In this document: piece by piece, positions 1 to 8,490 of the stretch | How positions within the stretch are numbered: the stretch's first letter is position 1 | Layout of the letters: the number at the start of each line of letters is the position of its first letter | NCBI GenBank assembly: GCA_036269295.1 | Contig: DATASG010000133.1 | Coordinates: forward strand, 1-49,225 | DNA length: 49,225 nucleotides | Origin: Vicinamibacterales bacterium | GTDB lineage: Bacteria > Acidobacteriota > Vicinamibacteria > Vicinamibacterales > CAVVIG01 | Direction of reading: 5' to 3' | Translations under genes and position numbers: made by a program | Notes under the pieces: model-generated | The model's database searches: none | Seen by the model: the letters and a program-made list of their open reading frames with translations, nothing else | What the model was told of the DNA's origin: nothing

Positions 1-406
1 GGCGGCGGCGGCGCGGACACCGCGGCGGCGGTCACGCGCACTGACGCGGCGCTCAACGCTGACCACTGTGCGCGGATCTACGCACTGGCACTTCGCCGCC
101 TGAAGCGCGGACCGGCGTTTTTCACGAGCAGCGACAAAGGCTCGAGCTTCGGCAGCTACAACCTCGGCGGCGCGCTCACCTACCACGTGAACCGCTTCGT
201 CGGCATCGAAGGCGAAGTCGGAGGCACGCTCGGCACTGCTCAGAACCTCCCGTTTGGTTCCCTCCAGCAAGACGAAGACGGGGCTGCGCGACGACTACCG
301 CTTCGTTTCGGTTCGCGCTGATCAGAGGGCTCCGGCATTCCTCGGCCAGGAGACGCGGTACGGCCATCGCGTCTACGGCGGAGTGATCATCACCGCGATC
401 CAGTAA
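1..406 (+). pseudogene. 3' end of an ORF cut by the window edge, possibly an outer-membrane beta-barrel-like protein, apparently frameshifted
   Basis: Frame 1 is open from nt 1 to TGA 319-321 with high GC3 and a strand-like stretch SFGSYNLGGALTYHVNRFVGIEGEVGG. After about nt 288, GC3 collapses in frame 1 and becomes high in frame 2, which runs to TAA 404-406. Confidence 0.3.
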
Positions 407-530
407 CCGTCTCAATCGCCGGTCGTCCGCGGACGATTCTCCAAAAGATTGTTGTGAAACAGTCACGCGCCCGACGTCATGCGGTCCGCCGAGGCTCATC
501 AGGGCGAGGCTCGGACCCATTGCTCGCGCA

Positions 531-2558
531 ATGCCGTCTAAGCGGAAAGAGCAACGCATGACCCAGACTGCTGAGTTCGCGACCGGTAACTTCGATCAGA
601 TCGACGCGTTCCACGCGCTCCTGCCGGCGCTGGCGCAGGCCCTCGATGTGCGCGACGTGTTTCAACAGCTGAGCGCGGTCGCTTCCCGGATCGTCCCGCA
701 CGACGAAGCCAACCTCGCCATCACTACCGAGGACGAATCACAGTACCGCCTGTACGCGAGCACCGCCAAAGGCGCTCCCGAGCTGATGTGCCGCGCGGCT
801 CATGATGTGCTGCAGGATCCCGTGATGCCGCGGCTGCTGGACAGCGTGCCTTGGCCCGAGCGAGGCTTGCGGTCGGGCGTCTGCGTGCCGGTGTTGGTCG
901 ACGGCAAGATTGTCGGCGTCTTCGCGCTCTTCTCGCGGCGTCCGCAGGCCTACTCGCCGCGGGACCTGGCGCTGGTGCAGCAGCTGGCGGGCTACGTCGC
1001 CGTCGGGCTGGCGCACCAGCGGCTCGCCGACACCGCGCGCCGTGCCGCGGTCGAGCGCGAGCGCACCGCGAGCATCGAGAGCTCGGTGGAGCTGCTGCGG
1101 ATGATCTCGGGAGTGCTCGACATCCGCACCGTCTTCCCCCAGGTCTCGGAGATCGCCAACAAAGTACTGCCGCACGATCTCCTGACCATGATGTTCGAGA
1201 ACCGCGGACAGATCCTGATCGAAGTGACATCGTCTGATCAGTTCCCCGGCCTGACGCGGCTGATCAAGGCCGACGATTCCAGGCCGAAGGACGACTTCAT
1301 CATCATCGACGACTTCACGACCGCCGCGCTGGCGATCGTCGAGCCCGCCGACCTGCGGGAGCGGATCGTCGGCGCCGGCTACCGTTCGTTGCTCACCGTC
1401 CTGACCCGCGCCGGTGACCAGGAGATGGGCCTCGGGTTCTGGTCGAAGCGCGCGAATGCCTTCGGCCCGGCGGACGTGCCGGTCGCGAGGCGAATCGCCG
1501 ATCACGTGGCGCTGGCGGTGTCACACGAGCAGCTCGCCGAGGCGGCGCGTCAGGTCGCCGAGGCGCACAGCCGCGCCGAGCAGCTCGAATCGCGGGTGCA
1601 GTCGCTGGTCGACGAGCTCGCGTCGAAGAGCGGTCACCTCCAGGTCGTCGGCCAGTCTCCGGAGTGGATAGACTCGCTGAAGAAGGCCACCCAGGTGGCG
1701 GAGACCGAGACCACGGTGCTGCTGACCGGTGAGTCGGGCACCGGCAAGGAAGTCGTGGCGCGCTTCATTCATCGCGCTTCGGCGCGCAAGGGTGGGCCGT
1801 TCGTGGCGCTGAACTGCGCGGCGCTGCCGGAACAGCTGCTGGAGTCGGAGTTGTTCGGCTACGAACGCGGCGCGTTCACCGGAGCGCAGCAGTCCAAGCC
1901 GGGGCAGATCGAGCTCGCCGCCGGCGGGGTGCTGTTTCTCGACGAGGTCAGCGAAATGAGCCCGACGGCTCAGGCGAAGTTCCTGCGCGTCCTCCAGGAG
2001 CGGGAGTTTCAACGGCTCGGCGGGACCCGGCTGCTGAAGGCCAACGTGCGGATCATTGCGGCGACGAACCGCGATCTGCGGAAGGCCGTCGAGCGCGGTG
2101 ATTTTCGAGAGGACCTGTTCTACCGGCTGCAGGTCTTCGACATCCGCCTGGCCCCGCTTCGCGAGCGCAAGACCGACGTGGTGTTGCTCAGTGACGTGTT
2201 CCTCCAGGAGATCGCGAAGTCGTTCGGCCGCCCGCCCGCGGGGTTGACCCGTGACGCGAGGGAGGCGCTGCTGCAGCACGACTGGCCGGGGAACGTGCGC
2301 GAGCTGCGGAATGCGCTGGAGCGCGCCGCGATACTCTGCGAGGGAGGTCTCATCAACGCCCAACACCTGTCGTTGCACGTGCGGCGCGCGGCGCCTGCAG
2401 CGAGCACCGATCTGAACGCCGTCGAGCGCGACACGATTGATCAGGTGATGCGCGAGTGCCGCGGCAACAAGTCGAAAGCCGCCAAACGCCTCGGCTTGTC
2501 GCGCACGCAACTGTACGTTCGCCTGCGGAAGTACCGCCTGGACCAACCGGCGGCGTAG
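531..2558 (+). CDS. sigma-54-dependent Fis-family transcriptional activator with two N-terminal GAF-like sensor domains
   Basis: 675-aa ORF with Walker A GESGTGKE, the sigma-54 contact motif [13 protein letters not shown] and a C-terminal Fis-type HTH ([16 protein letters not shown]). ATG 558 is an alternative start. Confidence 0.92.
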   Translation: MPSKRKEQRMTQTAEFATGNFDQIDAFHALLPALAQALDVRDVFQQLSAVASRIVPHDEANLAITTEDESQYRLYASTAKGAPELMCRAAHDVLQDPVMPRLLDSVPWPERGLRSGVCVPVLVDGKIVGVFALFSRRPQAYSPRDLALVQQLAGYVAVGLAHQRLADTARRAAVERERTASIESSVELLRMISGVLDIRTVFPQVSEIANKVLPHDLLTMMFENRGQILIEVTSSDQFPGLTRLIKADDSRPKDDFIIIDDFTTAALAIVEPADLRERIVGAGYRSLLTVLTRAGDQEMGLGFWSKRANAFGPADVPVARRIADHVALAVSHEQLAEAARQVAEAHSRAEQLESRVQSLVDELASKSGHLQVVGQSPEWIDSLKKATQVAETETTVLLTGESGTGKEVVARFIHRASARKGGPFVALNCAALPEQLLESELFGYERGAFTGAQQSKPGQIELAAGGVLFLDEVSEMSPTAQAKFLRVLQEREFQRLGGTRLLKANVRIIAATNRDLRKAVERGDFREDLFYRLQVFDIRLAPLRERKTDVVLLSDVFLQEIAKSFGRPPAGLTRDAREALLQHDWPGNVRELRNALERAAILCEGGLINAQHLSLHVRRAAPAASTDLNAVERDTIDQVMRECRGNKSKAAKRLGLSRTQLYVRLRKYRLDQPAA

Positions 2559-2575
2559 CGCGGCGTTGCCGATCG

Positions 2576-3325
2576 CTATGCGGCGGCGACTTCGGCGATG
2601 GTCTTGTAGGGCTTCGCCAGCTTCAACGCGATCAGCAGCCTGATCAGCGGCCAGGCGGGATCGATCTCGCTGGCACGGAAGCTGAATTTCGGGCTCCGCG
2701 GGTAACCGTGATGGTTGTTGTGGAGTCCCTCGCCACCAGTGATCAGCGCCAGGGTGCGGATATTGGTCGCGGTGTTGTCGAAATTCTTGTAGCCGGCGTG
2801 ATGGCACAAGCCGTTGATCGAGGACGAGAGCACGAACACGTAGGTCACCGCGTGCACGCCGGCGGCGAGGAGTGCCCAGCCGACGCCGATCACCGGACCG
2901 AGAATGAGGCACAGCAACGCGGTGCCGATGCCGAGGCCGAGGAGGCCGTGGTTGAACAGGTAGGTGTCCCACCAGCCATCCTTGATATCGCGCGCGTAGC
3001 GCTGGACGACATCGGTCTTTTTGATCTCGCGGACGTAGTAGTACACGTTCCCGAGCTGGACGTTCCAGAAGCCCTCGATCTTCGGGCTGTGCGGATCGCC
3101 CTCCTCGTCAGTGAAGGCATGATGCTTGCGGTGCACCGCCACCCACTCCTTGGTGCACTGCCCCGTCGTCAGCCACAGCGCCATCTTGAACGTCCACTCC
3201 ACGGCCGGGTGGACGATCAGCGCCTTGTGGGTGGCGCAGCGGTGCAGGTAGATGGTGGTGCTGAAGACCGCCACCTGGATGAGGATGGCGGAAACAGCCA
3301 GGGCGAGGAGAAGATGCACGATCAA
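2576..3325 (-). CDS. membrane fatty-acid (acyl-CoA/acyl-lipid delta-9 type) desaturase
   Basis: Three histidine boxes are present: HRCATHKA, HRKHHAFTD and HNNHHGYP. The N-terminus is hydrophobic. The start is TTG, preceded by AGGAGG 7 nt upstream. Confidence 0.9.
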   Translation of the reverse strand: MIVHLLLALAVSAILIQVAVFSTTIYLHRCATHKALIVHPAVEWTFKMALWLTTGQCTKEWVAVHRKHHAFTDEEGDPHSPKIEGFWNVQLGNVYYYVREIKKTDVVQRYARDIKDGWWDTYLFNHGLLGLGIGTALLCLILGPVIGVGWALLAAGVHAVTYVFVLSSSINGLCHHAGYKNFDNTATNIRTLALITGGEGLHNNHHGYPRSPKFSFRASEIDPAWPLIRLLIALKLAKPYKTIAEVAAA

Positions 3326-3356
3326 GCAGGATCCTCCTGAAACGAGGTCATCCTAG

Positions 3357-3379
3357 CAGCCGGGCCCGGGCCGCGGCTG
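3357..3379 (-). terminator. GC-rich hairpin between serC and the desaturase gene, with no U-tract
   Basis: CAGCCG(GGCC..GGCC)CGGCTG forms an inverted repeat of 6 outer plus 4 inner bp. No T-run follows on the sense strand, so terminator function is uncertain. Confidence 0.3.
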
Positions 3380-3392
3380 TAAGAGTTCTGTA

Positions 3393-4484
3393 CTATCCGC
3401 GTTTCGCTTCGAACTCCCGCATGAAGGCGACCAGTTGGTCGATCCCGTGCTCGGGAAACGCGTTGTAGATCGAGGCGCGCATCCCGCCAACTGAACGGTG
3501 GCCCTTGAGGCCGTCGAGACCGGCGGCGGTCGACTCCTTGACGAAGGCCTTCTCCAGATCTTCGGTGGCAAGCCGGAAGGTGACGTTCATGAGCGAGCGG
3601 GAGTCCCGGTGCGCGGTACCGCGATAGAAGCCGGTGCGATCGATCTCCGCGTACAGCTTCGCCGCCTTGCGCTCGTTGACCTTCGCGATTGCGTCCAGCC
3701 CGCCCTGCGCGATCAGCCACTTCATGACCAGGCCGAGCGTATAGACCGCGAAGGTCGGCGGCGTGTTGTACATCGAGCCGTTCTCCGCCTGCACCGCGTA
3801 GTTGAGCATCGTCGGCAGCGACTTCTGAGAGCGGGGCAGGAGGTCCTCGCGGATGATGACCAGGGTGACGCCGGACGGCCCGAGGTTCTTCTGCGCCCCG
3901 GAATAGATCAGCGCGTGCCTGGCTACGTCCAGCGGGCGGCTGAACATGTCCGAAGAGGTGTCGTTGACCAGGGGGACGTCGCCGACCTCGGGCAGGGTCT
4001 TGTACTCGGTGCCCTCGATGGTGTTGTTCGAGGTCATGTGGAGGTAGGCGGCGCCGGGCGTCAGCTTCAACTCGGCCTGGGTCGGGACGCGTGAGTAGTT
4101 CTCGGCCTTGGTCGACGCGGCGACGTTGACGGTGCCGATTTTCTTCGCTTCCTTGATCGCCTTGTCGCCCCACGATCCGGCATCGATATAGTCGGCGGTA
4201 GCGCCCGGCGTCAGCAGGTTCATCGGCACCATCGAGAACTGCATGCTGGCGCCGCCCTGCAGAAACAGGACCTTGTAGTTGGACGGCACGCCGGCGACGG
4301 CGCGCACGTCGGCTTCGGCCCTGGCGAGGATCGACTCGAACGCCGCCGATCGATGGCTGATCTCAAGGATCGACATGCCGACGCCAGGCAGTGCCAGGAG
4401 GTCGCGCTGGATTTCTTCGAGGACCGGCAGCGGCAGCACGGCCGGGCCGGAGGAGAAGTTGTAGACACGGCTCACAGTGGTCAT
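3393..4484 (-). CDS. serC: phosphoserine aminotransferase
   Basis: 363 aa with the typical SerC N-terminus YNFSSGPAVLPLPVLEEIQRDL. The length and context fit. Its ATG overlaps the serA stop as ATGA. Confidence 0.95.
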   Translation of the reverse strand: MTTVSRVYNFSSGPAVLPLPVLEEIQRDLLALPGVGMSILEISHRSAAFESILARAEADVRAVAGVPSNYKVLFLQGGASMQFSMVPMNLLTPGATADYIDAGSWGDKAIKEAKKIGTVNVAASTKAENYSRVPTQAELKLTPGAAYLHMTSNNTIEGTEYKTLPEVGDVPLVNDTSSDMFSRPLDVARHALIYSGAQKNLGPSGVTLVIIREDLLPRSQKSLPTMLNYAVQAENGSMYNTPPTFAVYTLGLVMKWLIAQGGLDAIAKVNERKAAKLYAEIDRTGFYRGTAHRDSRSLMNVTFRLATEDLEKAFVKESTAAGLDGLKGHRSVGGMRASIYNAFPEHGIDQLVAFMREFEAKRG

Positions 4485-5695
4485 ATGGTCACCAGGTGGA
4501 GATCGAGGATGTCGGTGTTGCCCCCCTGCATCGCGGTCAGCAAGGTGTCGGACGGGGCGCGGTCGAGGTTGATACGGGCCACGGCGGCCTGGGCGCCCTC
4601 GAAAATGACGTTTTCGGTTTCCTGCACGTTGATGTTGCCGTGGCGCAAGTGCTCGAACACGTGCGCGAGGACACCGGGCCGGTCGCGGTGGCGCACGACG
4701 AGCATGTGCGTGGCCGGCGTTTTCCTGGCCAGGTTCACGACGTTCGGCACTTTTCCGGTGTCGCGGTATGAGGCGATGATGCGGACGGTTTCAGCGGCGA
4801 TTGCGTCCTGCGCCTGATCGGTCGAGGCGCCGATGTGATGCGTGCCGTAGACGTTGGGCAGGGCGACGAGCGGATCGCTGAAGCTGCCAGTGGCGCCCGA
4901 GGGCTCGTGCGCGAACACGTCGAGGCCGACACGAATGCCTCGATTGCGAACAGCGCTCTCGAGCGCCGCGTGGTCGACGACCTCCCCGCGCGCGGTGTTG
5001 ACGAAATACGAGCCAGGCTTCAAGCGGTCGAGCACCGACGCGTTGACGAGCCCTTTGGTGTCGGCGTTGAGCGCGAGGTGGACGCTCAGGACGTCGCTGC
5101 GCTCCGCAACCTCGGCCGGAGACTGCGCGAGCTGCATCGGGATCGGCTGATCGGCGATCCGATCCGATCCGATCGCGAACCTACGGCTCCAGACCACGAT
5201 CGGCATGCCGAACGCGTGGGCGCGGCGGGCCACTTCCTGGCCGATGTTGCCGTAGCCGAGGAGCCCGAGCGTGCGCCCGTACAGGCCGCGCGCCTTCGAG
5301 TACTCCTTCTTGTTCCAGGTCCCGGCCCGGAGGTCGGCGACGTTGTCGGGCACGCGCCGATCGAGCGACAACAGCAGCGCGAATGCGAGCTCGGCCACCG
5401 CGATCGCGTTCTTGCCAGGGCAGTTCGACACGTAGATGCCGCGCTTCGAGGCGGTGCCGACGTCGATCGTGTTGTAGCCCGCGCCGGCGCGAACGACGAG
5501 CGAGAGCGATCCGCTCTCCAGCATCGGCCCGGTGACGGCCGTGCTGCGGACGACCAGGACGTCGGCCGAGGTGTCCTTCAACGCCTGAGTCAGTGTGTCG
5601 TCTTTCAGATCGGGCTGATAGAGGACTTCACAGCCGGCGGCCTTCAGACCGTCGATCCCGCTTTGCTCGAATTTGTCTGCGATCAGTACCTTCAT
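4481..5695 (-). CDS. serA: D-3-phosphoglycerate dehydrogenase with C-terminal ACT domain
   Basis: 404 aa with a 2-hydroxyacid dehydrogenase NAD-binding site GLLGYGNIGQEVA. The C-terminal ACT-like segment is LVVRHRDRPGVLAHVFEHLRHGNINV. It is coupled to serC. Confidence 0.93.
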   Translation of the reverse strand: MKVLIADKFEQSGIDGLKAAGCEVLYQPDLKDDTLTQALKDTSADVLVVRSTAVTGPMLESGSLSLVVRAGAGYNTIDVGTASKRGIYVSNCPGKNAIAVAELAFALLLSLDRRVPDNVADLRAGTWNKKEYSKARGLYGRTLGLLGYGNIGQEVARRAHAFGMPIVVWSRRFAIGSDRIADQPIPMQLAQSPAEVAERSDVLSVHLALNADTKGLVNASVLDRLKPGSYFVNTARGEVVDHAALESAVRNRGIRVGLDVFAHEPSGATGSFSDPLVALPNVYGTHHIGASTDQAQDAIAAETVRIIASYRDTGKVPNVVNLARKTPATHMLVVRHRDRPGVLAHVFEHLRHGNINVQETENVIFEGAQAAVARINLDRAPSDTLLTAMQGGNTDILDLHLVTI

Positions 5696-5715
5696 AACAG
5701 CCGTGAATCAACACC

Positions 5716-5780
5716 GAGGACACCAAAGACACAAAGGAAATTCTTCTTGGGCCCTTCGTGTCCTTTGTGTCCTTTGTGTT
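5716..5780. repeat. imperfect inverted repeat built from GGACACAAAGG-type words, including a 9-mer tandem GTGTCCTTT x2
   Basis: GACACAAAGGA (left arm) is the exact reverse complement of TCCTTTGTGTC (right arm). The 9-mer units are at 5758-5766 and 5767-5775. The repeat fills the DUF1015-serA spacer. Confidence 0.8.
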
Positions 5781-7013
5781 TCATATGAGGTGGATGAGCA
5801 AACCGTCTCGAAGTTTGGGTTCGAACCAGGTCGACTTCGGCGGCATGATTTCGCCGGCGTCGGACACGGCCATCAGATCGGCGACACTCACCGGGAAAAG
5901 CGAGAACGCGACCGCGGCCTTGCCCGAGTCGACCTGCTGCTCGAGCGCCCTGGTCCCGCGTGCGCCGCCGACGAAATCGATCCGCCTGTCGGTGCGGACG
6001 TCGGCGATCTTCAGGATAGGCGCCAGCAGGCCCTCCTGCAGCAGACTGACGTCCAAAGAGCCGATCGGATCCTTTACGTCCGGCGCCAGACGCGGCCGGA
6101 GCGTATGCCACGCGCCCTCGAGGTACATCGCGATGTCGCCACGCCTGGCAGGGGTGGCCGGCCCGGCCTCCAGCTGGAAGGCGGAGCGAATCGCCGCCAG
6201 GAAGGCATCCGGAGACAGTCCGGCGAGGTCCTTGACGGTGCGGTTGTAGGGGAGGATCTGCACCTGGTTGTGCGGAAACGCTACCGCCAGCATGGTCGAG
6301 GCATCGGCGCCGTCGCCAAGCGATGTAGCGGGAAGCTTCCGGTCGCGAATCTCCGTCCGCGCCCGCGCCGCGCTGGCCGCGCGGTGATGGCCGTCGGCGA
6401 TGTACAACGCCGGGATACGTCCGACGGCAGTGACCAACGCGTCCCGCTCGACGCCGCGGACCCGCCATAGTGTGTGCCGCACCTGGTCGGAGGCGGTGAA
6501 GTCGATGATCGGCTCACCCTGGGTCACCTTGGCTGCCAGGCGATCGACCTCGTCGGTCCCGCGATAGGTCAGGAACACGGGGCCGGTCTGCGCCCCGAGC
6601 GCGAGCATGTGCCTGGTGCGATCGTCTTCCTTGTCCCGCCGTGTGCGCTCGTGCCTCTTGATGACGTCGCGGTCGTAGTCGTCGATTGAAAAGCAGGCGG
6701 CCAGCCCGGTCTGGACGTGGTTGCCCATCTTCAGCCGATAGAAATAGACGCTGGCCTCGTCTTCGAGGATGAGCGCGCTCCTGCGCAGCGCCGCAAAATT
6801 GGACGCCGCCCGCTGATACACGGCGTCCGCATAAGGATCGCTGCCGGCCGGCAGCTCGATTTCCGCGCGCGAGACGCGCAGGAAGCTGAGCGGGTTGTCG
6901 TCGGCAAGCGCGCGGGCCTCGTCGGTGCTGACGACGTCATAGGGAACGGCCGCGATGCGGGAAGCGTTGGCTGCGTCGGGGCGCAGCGCACGAAACGGAT
7001 GAAGCGTCGCCAT
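5781..7013 (-). CDS. DUF1015-family protein of unknown function
   Basis: The N-terminus MATLHPFRALRP...AAVPYDVV and overall size are typical of DUF1015. I prefer the ATG at 7013 over the ORF-track TTG at 7022 because a TATAAT hexamer occupies 7028-7023. Confidence 0.85.
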   Translation of the reverse strand: MATLHPFRALRPDAANASRIAAVPYDVVSTDEARALADDNPLSFLRVSRAEIELPAGSDPYADAVYQRAASNFAALRRSALILEDEASVYFYRLKMGNHVQTGLAACFSIDDYDRDVIKRHERTRRDKEDDRTRHMLALGAQTGPVFLTYRGTDEVDRLAAKVTQGEPIIDFTASDQVRHTLWRVRGVERDALVTAVGRIPALYIADGHHRAASAARARTEIRDRKLPATSLGDGADASTMLAVAFPHNQVQILPYNRTVKDLAGLSPDAFLAAIRSAFQLEAGPATPARRGDIAMYLEGAWHTLRPRLAPDVKDPIGSLDVSLLQEGLLAPILKIADVRTDRRIDFVGGARGTRALEQQVDSGKAAVAFSLFPVSVADLMAVSDAGEIMPPKSTWFEPKLRDGLLIHLI

Positions 7014-7022
7014 GGCGCTCAA

Positions 7023-7028
7023 ATTATA
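7023..7028 (-). promoter_or_regulatory. -10-like TATAAT hexamer 9 nt upstream of the DUF1015 ATG
   Basis: The minus strand reads TATAAT-ttgagcgcc-ATG. Perfect -10 hexamers are rare in this GC-rich sequence. Confidence 0.4.
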
Positions 7029-7069
7029 TGCGGCAGCGGCGGTTCGTACGTAGCGTCGGCCGGCGTCGG

Positions 7070-8332
7070 TCAGCGCGTGGGGGCGGGCGGATTGGCGACT
7101 CCGGCGGCGGCGGGCTTTGAAAACACGGCGATGGCGCGATCGCGCGCGGCCTCGAACGCGGCCATCTGCACCGCCGGAATCGGATCGGCGGGCGGCATCG
7201 CTCGATGCGCGGTCACGGGGTTGATGAAGGCGCCGTTTTTCTTCAAGCGGTAGTCCAGGTGTGGCCCGGTCGCGAGGCCGGAGGAGCCGACGCGGCCGAT
7301 GAGCTCACCTTGGCGGACGCGTGCGCCGGCGCGCACCGAGATCACCGACAGGTGCAAGTACTCGGTCTCGAAGCCGTTGGCGTGGCGAAGGTGCACCATG
7401 CGGCCAGCGCCGGCGCTCATGGCCGCGGAGACGACGACGCCATCGGCGACCGCGACCACCGGCGACCCGGCCGGCGCCCGGTAGTCGACGCCAAGGTGGG
7501 CGCGGATCTCGCGGAGCACCGGATGCATCCGGGCGCTGGAGAATCCGGAAGTCACGATCGGCTGAAACTTCAGCGGCGAGGCGAGGAAGAAGCGCTTCAT
7601 CGATCGGCCGTGCTCGTCGTAATAGCCCGGCGCCCCGCCGTCGGGCGTGAAGCGCATCGCGCGCACGCGGCGCCCGGCGTTCGTGAACTCGGCGGCAAGG
7701 ACCGGTCCATAGCCGGCGAACTGGTGATCGTCGCGGAACTGCTTCTCGACCGCGAGCTCGAACCGATCGCCGGGCTGCAGCTCGGTGCTGAAGTCGATGT
7801 CGCCGCCGAAGATGTCGGCGACCGCCAGCGTCAACTCGATCGATTCGCCGGCCGCGTCGATCGCCGAGACCAGCGAGGTGTGGTCGCGGTCAATCCCCCC
7901 GGTGACGACTTCCACGCTGCGCGTCTTCGGAATCGGCAGCACCCGTGCAGTCAGCGCCTGGTCGGGGGCGCGGCCGACGCGAAGAACACGGTCGCCGTCG
8001 ATCTCGTACTCGAACCCCCGCACCGTTCCGCGGTGGGTCGTCTCCAGCCGGTAGGGCTGATTCGCACGCACCTTGCGCAGATCGAACACCGACGCCGCCT
8101 GGGAGACGATGTCGGCGGCGTCGGCGATCGCCACATCGTGTCCGCGCAGCAGCGAGGCGAGCGTGGCCCCGGCGCGAACCCGCGACGAGACCACGGTCGT
8201 CTCGAGCGAGAGCAGGATGTCGCCTTTGGCGGCCGCCAGCATGTCGCTGCGGGCGGCGCTGGCGTTGGTCGGCGTGCCGCACGCGGATGCGGCCAGACCG
8301 GCCCCGAGGATCACGAGCAAGAGCCTTCGCAC
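7070..8332 (-). CDS. M23 (LytM-type) peptidase-family lipoprotein
   Basis: It has a lipoprotein-like signal LGAGLAASAC and the HxxxD motif HLGVDY. The C-terminal motif reads GPHLDY rather than the usual GPHLH. Confidence 0.88.
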   Translation of the reverse strand: MRRLLLVILGAGLAASACGTPTNASAARSDMLAAAKGDILLSLETTVVSSRVRAGATLASLLRGHDVAIADAADIVSQAASVFDLRKVRANQPYRLETTHRGTVRGFEYEIDGDRVLRVGRAPDQALTARVLPIPKTRSVEVVTGGIDRDHTSLVSAIDAAGESIELTLAVADIFGGDIDFSTELQPGDRFELAVEKQFRDDHQFAGYGPVLAAEFTNAGRRVRAMRFTPDGGAPGYYDEHGRSMKRFFLASPLKFQPIVTSGFSSARMHPVLREIRAHLGVDYRAPAGSPVVAVADGVVVSAAMSAGAGRMVHLRHANGFETEYLHLSVISVRAGARVRQGELIGRVGSSGLATGPHLDYRLKKNGAFINPVTAHRAMPPADPIPAVQMAAFEAARDRAIAVFSKPAAAGVANPPAPTR

Positions 8333-8438
8333 GGTTCAGTAGTCTGTATCGGTCCCTGGCAGTTAGACGGCCAGCGCGGTGCAAAAGCCGGCATCGTAGC
8401 ACGGCACGGCGCGCCTTCGCCTTCACCCTCCGGCGCCG

Positions 8439-8467
8439 TTGACCGCATGTGGCGCAGTCGCTACAGT
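8439..8467 (+). promoter_or_regulatory. sigma-70-like promoter for the M28 peptidase gene
   Basis: TTGACC (8439-8444), a 17-nt spacer and TACAGT (8462-8467) are followed by GGAGG at 8475-8479 and ATG at 8491. Confidence 0.45.
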
Positions 8468-8490
8468 TTCGGATGGAGGCTTGTCGTACC

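Noticed and set aside
86-100. Sigma-54 promoter (TGGCAC-N5-TTGC) that could be a target of the adjacent sigma-54 activator. A second near-match lies on the minus strand at 18022-18036 (TGGCAC-CCGTT-CTGC).
   Set aside because: The first has CGCC in place of the -12 TTGC and lies inside an ORF. The second has a mismatch in the -12 element and lies in the middle of the beta-CASP coding region with no gene start downstream. I found no convincing -24/-12 promoter upstream of any gene in the window.
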